From contig JAFGVD010000019.1 in the NCBI GenBank assembly GCA_016938135.1, positions 9,831 to 73,830 on the forward strand: DNA of 64,000 nucleotides, read 5' to 3'. Within the stretch, counting starts at the first letter, position 1, and every line of letters begins with the position of its first letter. A program made the position numbers and the translations under genes. This DNA is from Coriobacteriia bacterium (GTDB taxonomy: Bacteria > Actinomycetota > Coriobacteriia > Anaerosomatales > Anaerosomataceae). Positions 53,529 through 62,453 of the stretch are shown piece after piece. The notes beneath the pieces were generated by a model, which was not told the DNA's origin, made no database searches, and saw nothing but the letters and a program-made list of their open reading frames with translations.

Positions 53529-54649
53529 GACTGCAGCCCTCCCATCGCCAGACCGATAGCCACCGCACTGCCAGATCTATCCTCACCAACCAGCTGCTGA
53601 GTCGCACCGGTCGCCTTCACGAACACGAAGGGATCACCAACCTCGACCTTCGCTTGTAGGCCCTTCTCCAGGTACCCGGCAAGGTTCTTCAGCTGAGCTC
53701 CACTTCCCGTCAAGATGATGCGCTGGATCGTCCTGACCTGCGCGGTCTGCGTGAGGTAGTAGTCAAGCGACCTGCGGACCTCAGCGATGAACTTGTTGAC
53801 CTCTCGCTCTAGCGAATCCTGTACAGGCTGCACAAGCGAGGGGTCAAGACCTTCGGGGACATCGCTCGTTCCCGATTCAACGTCAGGTAGCCCGACTTGT
53901 ACCTTGAGCGACTCCGCTTCGTCAAAAGTCAGGTTCAGCACATTGGCGATCGCCTGAGTGAACTGGTTGCCCGCAAGTGAGGAAATGCGGTTGAAGCGCG
54001 GCACGCCGCGTTCGACAACCGTGATATTGGTGATTCCCGAGGAGATATGGATGACGCCGACTGCGGAACCTTCGTCGTCTTGCGCGATCACCGGCTGACC
54101 GGAGCCCATCAGAGCGCGCACGAGCGCGAAGGAGGACACGTCGATCTGTGTCAGTTTGAGCCCTGCACCTTCGACTGCCGCAACCGCGTTGGCGATCATG
54201 TCTCGATGTGCCGCAACCAGGAGCACTTCCATCATGTGCTCATCGCCAGGAGTCATGTAGTCGCCGATGATCTGGAAGTCCAGAATGGACTCTTCGACCG
54301 CCATGGGGATGTAGTCCTGAGCCTGATACTGGATCGCACCCTCAAGCTCCGCACGCTCCATGAAGGGAAGATCGATGAGACGCACGATGACCTTTTGGTT
54401 GGCGACACCGATAGCCACGTTCTTGCCGCGAACGTTGCTGCGGCGCTGCAGCTCCTTGATGGCCGAAGTGACGGCTTCCACGTCGACGATCTCGCCTTCG
54501 ACAACGGCACCCATCGGAATCTCGACCGAACCGTATCCGGTCAGCTCAAGACCCGCACCGGCAGGCTTTACCTGCGCGATACGGACGTGGTCAGTGCCAA
54601 TGTCCAGACCGATTGCCGCTGTACTGCTACTGAAGGAGATTGAGCCCAA
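53525..54649 (-). CDS. pilM: Type IV pilus actin-like ATPase-fold protein PilM
   Basis: 374 aa. IGLDIGTDHVRIAQV (actin-fold phosphate-1), ILTGSGAQLKNL. TTG start 5 nt after GAGGGAGGA. Confidence 0.88.
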   Translation of the reverse strand: MGSISFSSSTAAIGLDIGTDHVRIAQVKPAGAGLELTGYGSVEIPMGAVVEGEIVDVEAVTSAIKELQRRSNVRGKNVAIGVANQKVIVRLIDLPFMERAELEGAIQYQAQDYIPMAVEESILDFQIIGDYMTPGDEHMMEVLLVAAHRDMIANAVAAVEGAGLKLTQIDVSSFALVRALMGSGQPVIAQDDEGSAVGVIHISSGITNITVVERGVPRFNRISSLAGNQFTQAIANVLNLTFDEAESLKVQVGLPDVESGTSDVPEGLDPSLVQPVQDSLEREVNKFIAEVRRSLDYYLTQTAQVRTIQRIILTGSGAQLKNLAGYLEKGLQAKVEVGDPFVFVKATGATQQLVGEDRSGSAVAIGLAMGGLQS

Positions 54650-54859
54650 CGGAGTCCTCCCTCTACACTGCTACGACGATGCTGCTACTGCTGGTGCGAC
54701 TCATATCCTGTGAAGCGTATCACTGCAAGCGACTCAGTGTCACTTTTGTGAATATGAAAGAGCCCCCACTGGTACCCATAAAACACCATCTCTTGCCACT
54801 TGGCAACACGTTGGCCCGTCGCATCGGGCCGACATCTGCCCTGGGTGATCGAGCCGCTA

Positions 54860-56359
54860 TCAGCTCCGTGACCATGATCCAACCAACAACAACGGTGCAT
54901 CTCGACCAGGCATGCTCCACGGCAAGAACGTGGGCAGGTTCGGATCCGAATACAGATGGAAGTTCGCCTGCGGGAAGTTGATCAGTGGCGCTATGATAGA
55001 TCCTTTGACTACCGAATTCTGCTTCTCGAAGTTCATCGAGCCGTTCGACCACAGTGCCGCCGCCACATCAGGATCGGTCCAGTCGTCGTTGCCCTCACCA
55101 TAGATATACATGGAACCGGTGCAGATTATGCCGAGCACCTCATCGGTCTGCATGTCGCCGCTATACGGCTTGAGATTCTCCATGATAGTGACATCGCCGT
55201 TGACAATGAGGGCGCCGTTGCCCCGGTACTTGACGGACCGATTGAATGTGACATCACCGTCCACGACTACCGTACCCTCCAGGTAGAGGATGTCATAGGC
55301 CCCACCGGTGTAGTCGTAGGCGAAGTCATCCCATTGGCCGACCGTGTAACCTTTCCCATCTCCATACCATGAGCCGAAGTCGGCGGTACCCAGAACCAGG
55401 TTGGTCGATCCGCCGGTCACGATATCGGATGGAGTGCTCGCCCCGATGACCTTGTAGTTCTCGGTCGCGCCAGGAGCCTTCGGGCGCACCCATGTACCAC
55501 CAAGAGCAGTCGGATAGGTTGTAGCGTCCTTGTTGATGATATCGGCAACCTCGACGTTATCAGTGGGCGAGAACTCAACCGTGCCCTGGAGGTTGTCGAC
55601 GGACTCGGTCTTAGCGCGCGACCACGCTGTGTCCAGGAAGTCAGCGTCGACGACAGGGAGCGTTATCTCAGGCGGGGCCGAGATCGAGCCGACCGTATGG
55701 AAGTTCTTGTTCGATGGCCAACCAGTGGGATACGTTCCTCCACAGTAGACCTTGATGGGTTCGGCAGTTGTCCCGACGGTGAAGGCTCCCTTTGGATCGA
55801 TGTCGCCTGTGACCAGCAATGGACCGCCAGTGAAATCCATACTACCCGTACCGCTCAGATCGCCCCTGACATAAAACGGACCGTCAACGTTCGCGTTACC
55901 ATTCAACTTGCCGCCTCCGATGGAGTCCTCATCCTCGCCGGCCGCGATGAACATGTCCCAGATACTGAGATAGAAGAAGCGAACCTTGATCGACTCGGGA
56001 GTACCGTCAGCGGCGTACCCGGTAGCGATCGCCGAGTACTCCATAGAGCCCATCGACTCCAGTGAGACGTTGACGGTCCCGTCGCCAACCGTGAGAGTCC
56101 TTCCGCCGGACCCATAGTTGTCCAGCGCGAGCGAACTGTTGGCGAGCAGGTCGGCATACATGGTGTCGATGCCGGCATTGGCCTTCTGGAACGCCTGCGA
56201 CTCCGCCTCAAGGCGATCTGTGGAAGTGTATGACTGCCTGGCAAGGAAAAAACTAGAAGCGACAAGAATCGTGAGCACAGCCATCACACCAAGCACTGTG
56301 ACGAGAGCCACGCCTTCATCGGCTGTGACGAACCGCCGAACTTGACCCTGGGTCTTCAT
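54860..56359 (-). CDS. Large PilX-N-type minor pilin / putative tip-associated protein (499 aa)
   Basis: Start ATG 56359 after AAGGTGGA. N-terminus DEGVALVTVLGVMAVLTILVASSFFLARQS fits the PilX N-terminal pattern (no Glu5). The remainder is Gly/Asp/Thr/Val-rich with repetitive GDV/GDL turns, suggesting a beta-helix-like fold. Confidence 0.6.
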   Translation of the reverse strand: MKTQGQVRRFVTADEGVALVTVLGVMAVLTILVASSFFLARQSYTSTDRLEAESQAFQKANAGIDTMYADLLANSSLALDNYGSGGRTLTVGDGTVNVSLESMGSMEYSAIATGYAADGTPESIKVRFFYLSIWDMFIAAGEDEDSIGGGKLNGNANVDGPFYVRGDLSGTGSMDFTGGPLLVTGDIDPKGAFTVGTTAEPIKVYCGGTYPTGWPSNKNFHTVGSISAPPEITLPVVDADFLDTAWSRAKTESVDNLQGTVEFSPTDNVEVADIINKDATTYPTALGGTWVRPKAPGATENYKVIGASTPSDIVTGGSTNLVLGTADFGSWYGDGKGYTVGQWDDFAYDYTGGAYDILYLEGTVVVDGDVTFNRSVKYRGNGALIVNGDVTIMENLKPYSGDMQTDEVLGIICTGSMYIYGEGNDDWTDPDVAAALWSNGSMNFEKQNSVVKGSIIAPLINFPQANFHLYSDPNLPTFLPWSMPGRDAPLLLVGSWSRS

Positions 56360-56369
56360 CTCATCCACC

Positions 56370-56963
56370 TTACCTGCGGTTGCGGAAATAGGTGTAACGC
56401 GAGTCCTGGAAGATCTCGCCCTCATAATCGACGACAATCATCGTCTCAACCCCTCGAGTGTTGCTTGAGTACTGCGACCGATCGGTAATGGGGTCACCGT
56501 CGACGTCGATATAGGTGAACAAGGGAACCCCTTGTGCGATGTTCGCATTATGGTCCGACAAGGTCATGGTCTGAATCGCCGGCAAGTTGTTCACGCGGCT
56601 TCCGTCTACCGTCCATCGCGTGAGAGTCATCTCCGTCCCCACCACTTCAACGACGGTACGCTCCAAGACATCATCCAGATCGACGTCAGTCAGGAAGCTC
56701 AACCGATAGGCTGTGGAATCCGACTCGATCAAGCTGTTTTGCATCAGGAGCTTGTCGATGTAGGCCAGTGGAGTCCGCACTTCAGCACTGAAGCTCGTCT
56801 CACGACTTGCATCGTTGGCGACCTTTGTCACGTAGTAGTTCACGTTCCAGGCGATCCCCAACACCAACCCGAGCAACACGATGACAACGAGAAGCTCGGA
56901 CAATGTGAAGCCGTCATCACGGCCCCTCAGGTCCCGCGCCCGAGATGTGCGAACGGCTACCAT
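56370..56963 (-). CDS. Minor (pseudo)pilin with prepilin-type N-terminal cleavage/methylation motif
   Basis: Start ATG 56963 (ATGGTAG overlap with the upstream stop). Leader MVAVRTSRARDLRGRDDG, then FTLSELLVVIVLLGLVLGIA (G/F cleavage site, Glu5). Confidence 0.8.
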   Translation of the reverse strand: MVAVRTSRARDLRGRDDGFTLSELLVVIVLLGLVLGIAWNVNYYVTKVANDASRETSFSAEVRTPLAYIDKLLMQNSLIESDSTAYRLSFLTDVDLDDVLERTVVEVVGTEMTLTRWTVDGSRVNNLPAIQTMTLSDHNANIAQGVPLFTYIDVDGDPITDRSQYSSNTRGVETMIVVDYEGEIFQDSRYTYFRNRR

Positions 56964-58525
56964 GTCTGGGTAACCGTCCCGCTGACCGTGGTCGCAGAAG
57001 ACACCGTGAGACCAGCAACGCTTCCGGTATTGGTCCAGGACTCCGTGCTCGTACCGCCGTACGGCGTGAACGAGGCCTTCACCTTGTAATAGTAAGTAGG
57101 AGTTGTGGAGTTCTTGCTGTATGACGTCGAATCGGCGATAGTGTCGGTCCACGTGCCGGAGTCAAATACCACGTTCGACATGTAGGCGCTTCCTGTACCC
57201 AGCGTGGCCAGGTCGGTGGAACGCCAGACGTCATAGAGCACACTACCGCTGACAGCGAAGTTGGGGTTGGTCACATCCAGTACCACGGTGGTCGTGATGT
57301 AGTACTGGCTGCCGCTCCTTGTCACCTTCTGCTGCGTGGTCCCGCCAAGTTCCGGACGAGATACGAACTTGGCTGATGCCGCCGACCATCCCGACTTGTG
57401 AGCCAACGGGCTCTGCGCCTGCACCACAGCGTAGTAACGGCTGAACGGCATAACCGTCATGCTCGAACTGGTAGTCGAAACCTGCACTACGCTGGCCTGC
57501 GACCACGCGGAATCATCTGCTGGCGAGGAGGGCTGTTTGTAGACTATGAGGTTATAGAGTGCCGCGCCTTCCGTGCCATCCATGGCGGTTGGCCACGTGA
57601 CAGCAGCATCTGTCGAGGTGTCACATACACCGGTTGGCGCCGCGGGTGTAAGCGGCGCGTAGTTGTCCACGAGCACCCGACGCGTCACGTAGGAGTGACC
57701 ACTCAGATTGTCCCACGCTTCAACCTTCAAGACCCGAATGCCGTCAGGGCTGAACGCAAGGTACTGCTGTTGACCCTCAGCGTCAAGAATGGGATCCCCG
57801 GTCTCTGAATCCACAACGAGATACTGCGCAGTGGTATCCCAATAGAACGACTGCTCGTACGGAGTAGTCATAGGCGGCCACGAGGCGAAGCCCGGAGGTT
57901 TTAGGCTGTTGGGCAGGTAGCTCGCATCGACCTTCAGAACCATCGAGCTGATAAACCCGGCGGTCAGATCGGTCTCAGCACGTCCGCCGACAATGACCGA
58001 CGCCCCGGACACAACAGCATCCGCTGCGGGTGAGTTGGCAGTGAAAGCCACCTCTGGAAGCGCCGCTGCCTCCTGCTCATACGGCGCACCCCATACGAAC
58101 GTGGTCATCGTATATGTCATCGTTGCCATCGAACTGCTTGAGACCGAGGCATCGACTATAAGACGCTTGTAATCTTGAGTACCGAGCATATTCTCATCGT
58201 CAACCCACTCCACAGTAGGACGGATCACAACGCTGAATCCCTCAAGGGATAACACGCTCTCCGAGGCCAAGTCGCCCGGAATTGATGTGCCGTCAACTCC
58301 AAGGTCGTCATACGATATCGCACGCGCCTGTTCGACATAACTGTTCATGGCATTGAGCGCAACAGTCTTAGCCTTGGTCTGCTGTGCCATCTTCGTCGTG
58401 GTGAAGAGCAGCGGGACAAGAGCGGTCAGCGCGATGAAGAGAATCGTGGAAGCGACCACGATCTCGACGATCGTCATCCCCTCATCCGACTTCACAATCT
58501 TTGTTGTGCTTCTCATCGAAAGCAT
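56957..58525 (-). CDS. Modular minor pilin (about 520 aa): prepilin N-terminus + Ig-like region + two FN3-like repeats
   Basis: Leader ...KSDEG, then MTIVEIVVASTILFIALTAL (Glu5). The C-terminal half has two segments with FN3-like hallmarks (YNLIVYKQ...YYAVVQAQSPLAHKSGWS and YDVWRS...YYYKVKASF). Start ATG 58525 follows GAGGAG; ATG 58543 or 58516 are alternatives. Confidence 0.7.
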   Translation of the reverse strand: MLSMRSTTKIVKSDEGMTIVEIVVASTILFIALTALVPLLFTTTKMAQQTKAKTVALNAMNSYVEQARAISYDDLGVDGTSIPGDLASESVLSLEGFSVVIRPTVEWVDDENMLGTQDYKRLIVDASVSSSSMATMTYTMTTFVWGAPYEQEAAALPEVAFTANSPAADAVVSGASVIVGGRAETDLTAGFISSMVLKVDASYLPNSLKPPGFASWPPMTTPYEQSFYWDTTAQYLVVDSETGDPILDAEGQQQYLAFSPDGIRVLKVEAWDNLSGHSYVTRRVLVDNYAPLTPAAPTGVCDTSTDAAVTWPTAMDGTEGAALYNLIVYKQPSSPADDSAWSQASVVQVSTTSSSMTVMPFSRYYAVVQAQSPLAHKSGWSAASAKFVSRPELGGTTQQKVTRSGSQYYITTTVVLDVTNPNFAVSGSVLYDVWRSTDLATLGTGSAYMSNVVFDSGTWTDTIADSTSYSKNSTTPTYYYKVKASFTPYGGTSTESWTNTGSVAGLTVSSATTVSGTVTQTW

Positions 58526-58653
58526 CTCGTCAACGCTCCTCATTCAAGGCACGACGCACCGAGAACTACGCCCACCAATCACTGTATCGGCCGCCCAGCA
58601 CAAGCACTTGAGCGACACTCCCCCGCTTCACAAAAATACAATACACTACGCCT

Positions 58654-59484
58654 TCACGACAGACCTACAAGCCGCGCATAGGCGGCCCACGCTGCAGGCC
58701 CAAACAAAGCCGTGATCACCGCCCCTGATGCGAGGAAAGGACCGAACGGGATGCGTTGCGATATACCTTCAGCGGCGCGGTGGCTCGTCGTCAGACCGTA
58801 TACCGCGCCTATCATGCTACCGATCATGAATGTCATGAGTACGTACGGGCCCAGGAACAGACCGAGCACCGCAAGCAGTTTCACGTCACCCATTCCCAGC
58901 CCGACAGAACCACGGAGTGCGCCATAAGCAACGGAGATTGCCAGACTCAGTCCTCCCCCAAGAAGCACGCCGAGCGCAGCTGAGGCGAGCGGCGAGCTGC
59001 CCGCTGATAACGCTACGAGTGGCAGCAGGTTCACTCCCGACAGACTAGAAGCACCGATACCGACCAGACCCGCCACTCCGAGAAGTGCAACGATTCCGTT
59101 AGGCAGTCGCTTGTGATCGATATCGATGAAGGTGAGCACAAGCAACATATAAAACAGGAGAACAGCGAAGAAGGTCTGCCCAGTCAGACCGAAGCGGATT
59201 CCGGCAACGATCCACAGGATGCCCGAAAGGAGCTCGACAGCTGGGTAGCGGAAAGGAATCGCTTCCTTGCACGCACGACATCTACCACGAAGCAGCAACC
59301 ATGAAACCACTGGCACGTTATCGTACCAGTTGATCGGTGCGGAGCAGGCGGGGCAGTGAGATCCAGGAAAAGCGAGAGACTCACCGCGAGGAAATCGCCA
59401 GATGATCACATTGGCGAAGCTCCCAAAGAGAAGACCGAACCCCCCAAGGGCCATTAGAAGAAACCAATAGGGCACTTCGACCAT
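58654..59484 (-). CDS. pilD: Prepilin peptidase / N-methyltransferase PilD (A24 family)
   Basis: 276 aa polytopic protein. N-terminal Cys pairs HCPACSAPI ... RGRCRACKEAI. Conserved Asp contexts (TFIDIDH, GMGDVKL). Confidence 0.9.
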   Translation of the reverse strand: MVEVPYWFLLMALGGFGLLFGSFANVIIWRFPRGESLAFPGSHCPACSAPINWYDNVPVVSWLLLRGRCRACKEAIPFRYPAVELLSGILWIVAGIRFGLTGQTFFAVLLFYMLLVLTFIDIDHKRLPNGIVALLGVAGLVGIGASSLSGVNLLPLVALSAGSSPLASAALGVLLGGGLSLAISVAYGALRGSVGLGMGDVKLLAVLGLFLGPYVLMTFMIGSMIGAVYGLTTSHRAAEGISQRIPFGPFLASGAVITALFGPAAWAAYARLVGLS

Positions 59485-59544
59485 GGCTGCACTCCTTCAT
59501 GCTCCGATGTCGTCCCTAGGGTATCTGCTGTGGCCACGTTCATA

Positions 59545-59585
59545 AAGGGGGAAAAGAAAGAGCCGGCGGCTACTGCCGGCGGCTC
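59545..59585 (-). terminator. Rho-independent terminator after the major pilin gene
   Basis: The minus-strand RNA is GAGCCGCCGGC-AGUA-GCCGCCGGCUC (10 bp with one C-C mismatch) followed by UUUCUUUUCCCCCUUU. It starts 20 nt after the pilA stop. Confidence 0.7.
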
Positions 59586-59605
59586 CCTGACCGAAGTCGA
59601 AAAAC

Positions 59606-59980
59606 CTAGAAGTGCGAGTGGCCCGAGATGAAGCCACTCGTGCTTCCCTGGTCGCCAGTGACCGTACCACTACCGTCAACAGCGTACTCGGCGCCGCCAT
59701 CGCCGGGGCATACAGGCGCGGTCTTGATGTAGCCAGCAGTAATCAGAACGTTACCGCTGTCAACGACGTCCGCCGCCCATGTGTTGTCCGGATCCGCAGC
59801 CAGATACTGCTGAACAGCACCCTCGATCGTGCGCTGGTTGGACTGGCAGGTACGCAGACGCGCACTGTCAGAAGCCGCATTGAACACAGGAATAGCGATA
59901 GCAACAAGGATACCGATAATGAGAACGACAACCATCAGCTCTACGAGGGTAAAGCCCTCTTCCTTCTTGAACATCCGCAT
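59606..59980 (-). CDS. pilA: Major type IVa pilin
   Basis: 124 aa. Leader MRMFKKEEG, then FTLVELMVVVLIIGILVAIAIPVF (class III signal, Glu5). Two Cys in the globular part. SD AAAGGGAGGTG. Has its own terminator. Confidence 0.93.
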   Translation of the reverse strand: MRMFKKEEGFTLVELMVVVLIIGILVAIAIPVFNAASDSARLRTCQSNQRTIEGAVQQYLAADPDNTWAADVVDSGNVLITAGYIKTAPVCPGDGGAEYAVDGSGTVTGDQGSTSGFISGHSHF

Positions 59981-60012
59981 GGAATGTTCACCTCCCTTTC
60001 TTCGGTCTTCTC

Positions 60013-60032
60013 AGGATCCTTATGGATCCATA
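60013..60032 (-). promoter_or_regulatory. Two adjacent palindromes centred on GGATCC, 10 bp apart, upstream of pilA (candidate operator)
   Basis: The plus strand reads AGGATCCT (60013-60020) then TATGGATCCATA (60021-60032). Both are perfect palindromes, 33-52 nt upstream of the pilA ATG. Confidence 0.3.
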
Positions 60033-60096
60033 CTTCCACGATATGTGTATCGGCCACTGAGCAGGAAGCTTTAGTGGATGTTTTCTCGAATGCGCA

Positions 60097-61311
60097 CTAA
60101 TTCACGAGTGTGATCATCTGGAACATCGGCATATAAAGCGCGATGACCATACCACCGACAACTACACCCAGCGTGGCCATCATCATCGGCTCGATCAACG
60201 ATGTGAGACCGTCAACGCCGGCAGCAACCTCTTCATCGTAGAAGTCCGCGATCTTGTTGAGCATGGTGTCCAGCGCACCGGTCTCCTCGCCCACCGCGAT
60301 CATCTGCACGAGCATTGACGGGAAGACGTTCGACTCCCCAAGGGGCTTCGCTATGGTCTCGCCTTCCTTGATGGCCGATCGGACCTTCTTCACCGCTCGG
60401 GCCACGACTTCATTGCCCGCCGTATCTCCAACGATGTCCAGCGCAGAGAGAATGGGCACGCCTGCGGAGACGAGCGTGCCAAACGTACGCGTGAAACGCG
60501 CAAGTGCGATCTTCCGCACGAGCGTGCCCACGGCCGGCATACGCAGCTTGATGCCGTCCCAGATGTAGCGTCCTGATTCCGTCGCGACCCAGCGCTTGAA
60601 CGCGAAGATCACTACGACCACGGTCACAACGAAGATGAGGCCCGGCAGTCCACGAACGCCCTCAGAGATATTCACCAGAATCTGCGTAGGCAGTGGCAGT
60701 TCGCCACCCATGTCCGAGAACATCTTCTGGAACGTAGGGACAACGAAGACCATCATCGCAGCGAGGATGACAAGAACCAGGCCGAGCATCGCGATCGGGT
60801 ACGTCATGGCCGACTTGATCTTGCCCTTGAGAGCATTCTCACTCTCGAAGTGATCGGCGAGGCGGTTCAGGACCTCATCGAGGACACCGCCTGTCTCACC
60901 TGCTTTGACCATGTTGATGAAGATTGGGGGGAACACCTTGGAGTGCTTCGCGAGTGCTTCAGAGAGCGACTGCCCCGCCTCCACATCACGTCCCACCTGA
61001 CCGATGATCTCGCGCAGCTCTTTGGACTCAGACTGCCCGGCAAGGATGTTAAGACACTTCGTCAATGACAGGCCCGCATTGATCATCGTGGCGAACTGGC
61101 GTGAGAAGATCGTGATGTCCTTCGCCTTGACGGTAGTGCCGAACTGGATCTTGTTCAGCGCCGCCAAACGGTCCTCGCTGAGGTTGAGGATGATGTAGCC
61201 CATCGAACGGAGCTTGTTCGATACAGCCTCTCGACTCTCGCCCTCGAGTTTGCCCGAGATGACCTTGCCGGTCTTGTCGCGAACACTGTATTTGAACGTG
61301 AGTGTGGCCAT
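60097..61311 (-). CDS. pilC: Type IV pilus platform protein PilC (GspF family)
   Basis: 404 aa. Two GspF-type repeats, each followed by TM segments (FSRQFATMINAGLSL..., FTRTFGTLVSAGVPIL...). Confidence 0.92.
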   Translation of the reverse strand: MATLTFKYSVRDKTGKVISGKLEGESREAVSNKLRSMGYIILNLSEDRLAALNKIQFGTTVKAKDITIFSRQFATMINAGLSLTKCLNILAGQSESKELREIIGQVGRDVEAGQSLSEALAKHSKVFPPIFINMVKAGETGGVLDEVLNRLADHFESENALKGKIKSAMTYPIAMLGLVLVILAAMMVFVVPTFQKMFSDMGGELPLPTQILVNISEGVRGLPGLIFVVTVVVVIFAFKRWVATESGRYIWDGIKLRMPAVGTLVRKIALARFTRTFGTLVSAGVPILSALDIVGDTAGNEVVARAVKKVRSAIKEGETIAKPLGESNVFPSMLVQMIAVGEETGALDTMLNKIADFYDEEVAAGVDGLTSLIEPMMMATLGVVVGGMVIALYMPMFQMITLVN

Positions 61312-61338
61312 CGTCGCTACGCCTTCCTCTGATCTCTA

Positions 61339-62403
61339 CTACTGGCTTCGGCCCAAGAGCGTCTTGAGTATGTTAGGGTCTACCGCTCGCTGCAGGGCGC
61401 CATCAAGGCTGACGAGTCCCTGGCGATAAAGCTCAGCAAGGCTCTGATCCATCGTGAACATACCATACTGATGTCCCGCCTGCAGTGCACTGGGAAGCTG
61501 GTGCGTCTTCCCTTCTCGGATCATGTTCCGGATACCTGATGTGGGCACGAGAACCTCGGAAGCGACGACTCGTCCCCTACCATCTATCGTCGGAATAAGC
61601 TGTTGACTTAAGATGCCCTGCAGCGTACCCGCCAACTGCACCCTGATCTGCTGCTGCTGATACGGGGGGAACACATCAACAACTCGGTCGATGGTCTGGG
61701 CCGCGTCCTGCGTATGAAGCGTGGCGAGCACCAGGTGCCCGGTCTCGGCTGCCGTAAGAGCAGCCTGCACCGTCTCGAGGTCGCGCATCTCCCCTATCAT
61801 GATCACGTCCGGATCCTGACGGAGAATATACTTCAGCGCCTGAGAGAAGCTCTTGGTGTCCGAGCCGACCTCTCGTTGGTTGATCATCGCCTTCTTATGA
61901 TGGTGGAGGTACTCGATGGGGTCCTCCACCGTCATGATATGCACTTCTTCATTCGTGTTGATGTAGTCGACCATCGTTGCGAGCGTGGTGGACTTGCCTG
62001 AGCCGGTGGGACCAGTTACGAGAACGAACCCTCGCGGCTTCCTACAAAACGACTCAAGGACGGTTGGCAGGCGCAACTCCTCGAATGTCTTGATTTCGAC
62101 CGGGATATGCCTGAAAGCGGCGCCGATGCTGTTCCGCTGGTAGTACACATTGACCCTGAACCGTGCGACACCAGGCAGAGCGTAGCCGAAGTCGAACTCC
62201 CAGTTGCGCTCCAGAGTCTCGCGTTGCTCGTCGGTAAGGATGCTGTAGAGAAGCTCCTTCGTGTCGCGAGTGGTGAGTCGGGTGCCTTCTGTGGGAAGCA
62301 GACGACCATTGATGCGCATGACGGGCGGCATCCCCACTGTCACATGAAGATCGGATCCGCCGCGCTCTACCAGCTTCAGTAGTAGTTCATTCAAATCCGT
62401 CAT
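61339..62403 (-). CDS. pilT: Type IV pilus retraction ATPase PilT
   Basis: Start MTDLNELLLKLVERGGSDLH (ATG 62403, 7 nt after GAGGGGGG). Walker A GPTGSGKSTTLA. Also IMIGEMRDLETV and LVLATLHT. About 354 aa, with no N-terminal GspE-N domain, as expected for PilT rather than PilB. Confidence 0.9.
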   Translation of the reverse strand: MTDLNELLLKLVERGGSDLHVTVGMPPVMRINGRLLPTEGTRLTTRDTKELLYSILTDEQRETLERNWEFDFGYALPGVARFRVNVYYQRNSIGAAFRHIPVEIKTFEELRLPTVLESFCRKPRGFVLVTGPTGSGKSTTLATMVDYINTNEEVHIMTVEDPIEYLHHHKKAMINQREVGSDTKSFSQALKYILRQDPDVIMIGEMRDLETVQAALTAAETGHLVLATLHTQDAAQTIDRVVDVFPPYQQQQIRVQLAGTLQGILSQQLIPTIDGRGRVVASEVLVPTSGIRNMIREGKTHQLPSALQAGHQYGMFTMDQSLAELYRQGLVSLDGALQRAVDPNILKTLLGRSQ

Positions 62404-62453
62404 TCCCAAGCCCCCCTCGTGAGAGCCTTGCCGCCCCAAGAGCGACAGACCCG

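Noticed and set aside
54685-54900. Small minus-strand ORFs in the pilM upstream gap (71-aa ORF; inner 34-aa ORF MVFYGYQWGLFHIHKSDTESLAVIRFTGYESHQQ)
   Set aside because: The SD is weak (AAGAG directly abutting the ATG). The composition is unlike neighbouring genes. The 71-aa version overlaps the end of the minor pilin gene out of frame. I kept it only as part of the non-coding-gap observation.
59981-60096. Sigma-54 promoter (TGGCAC-N5-TTGC) upstream of pilA, as in proteobacterial pilin genes; I also checked the pilM upstream gap
   Set aside because: The nearest matches are TGGCCGATACACATAT upstream of pilA and TGGCAAGAGATGGTG / TGGCAACACGTTGGC in the gap. All lack the -12 TTGC element or face the wrong way.
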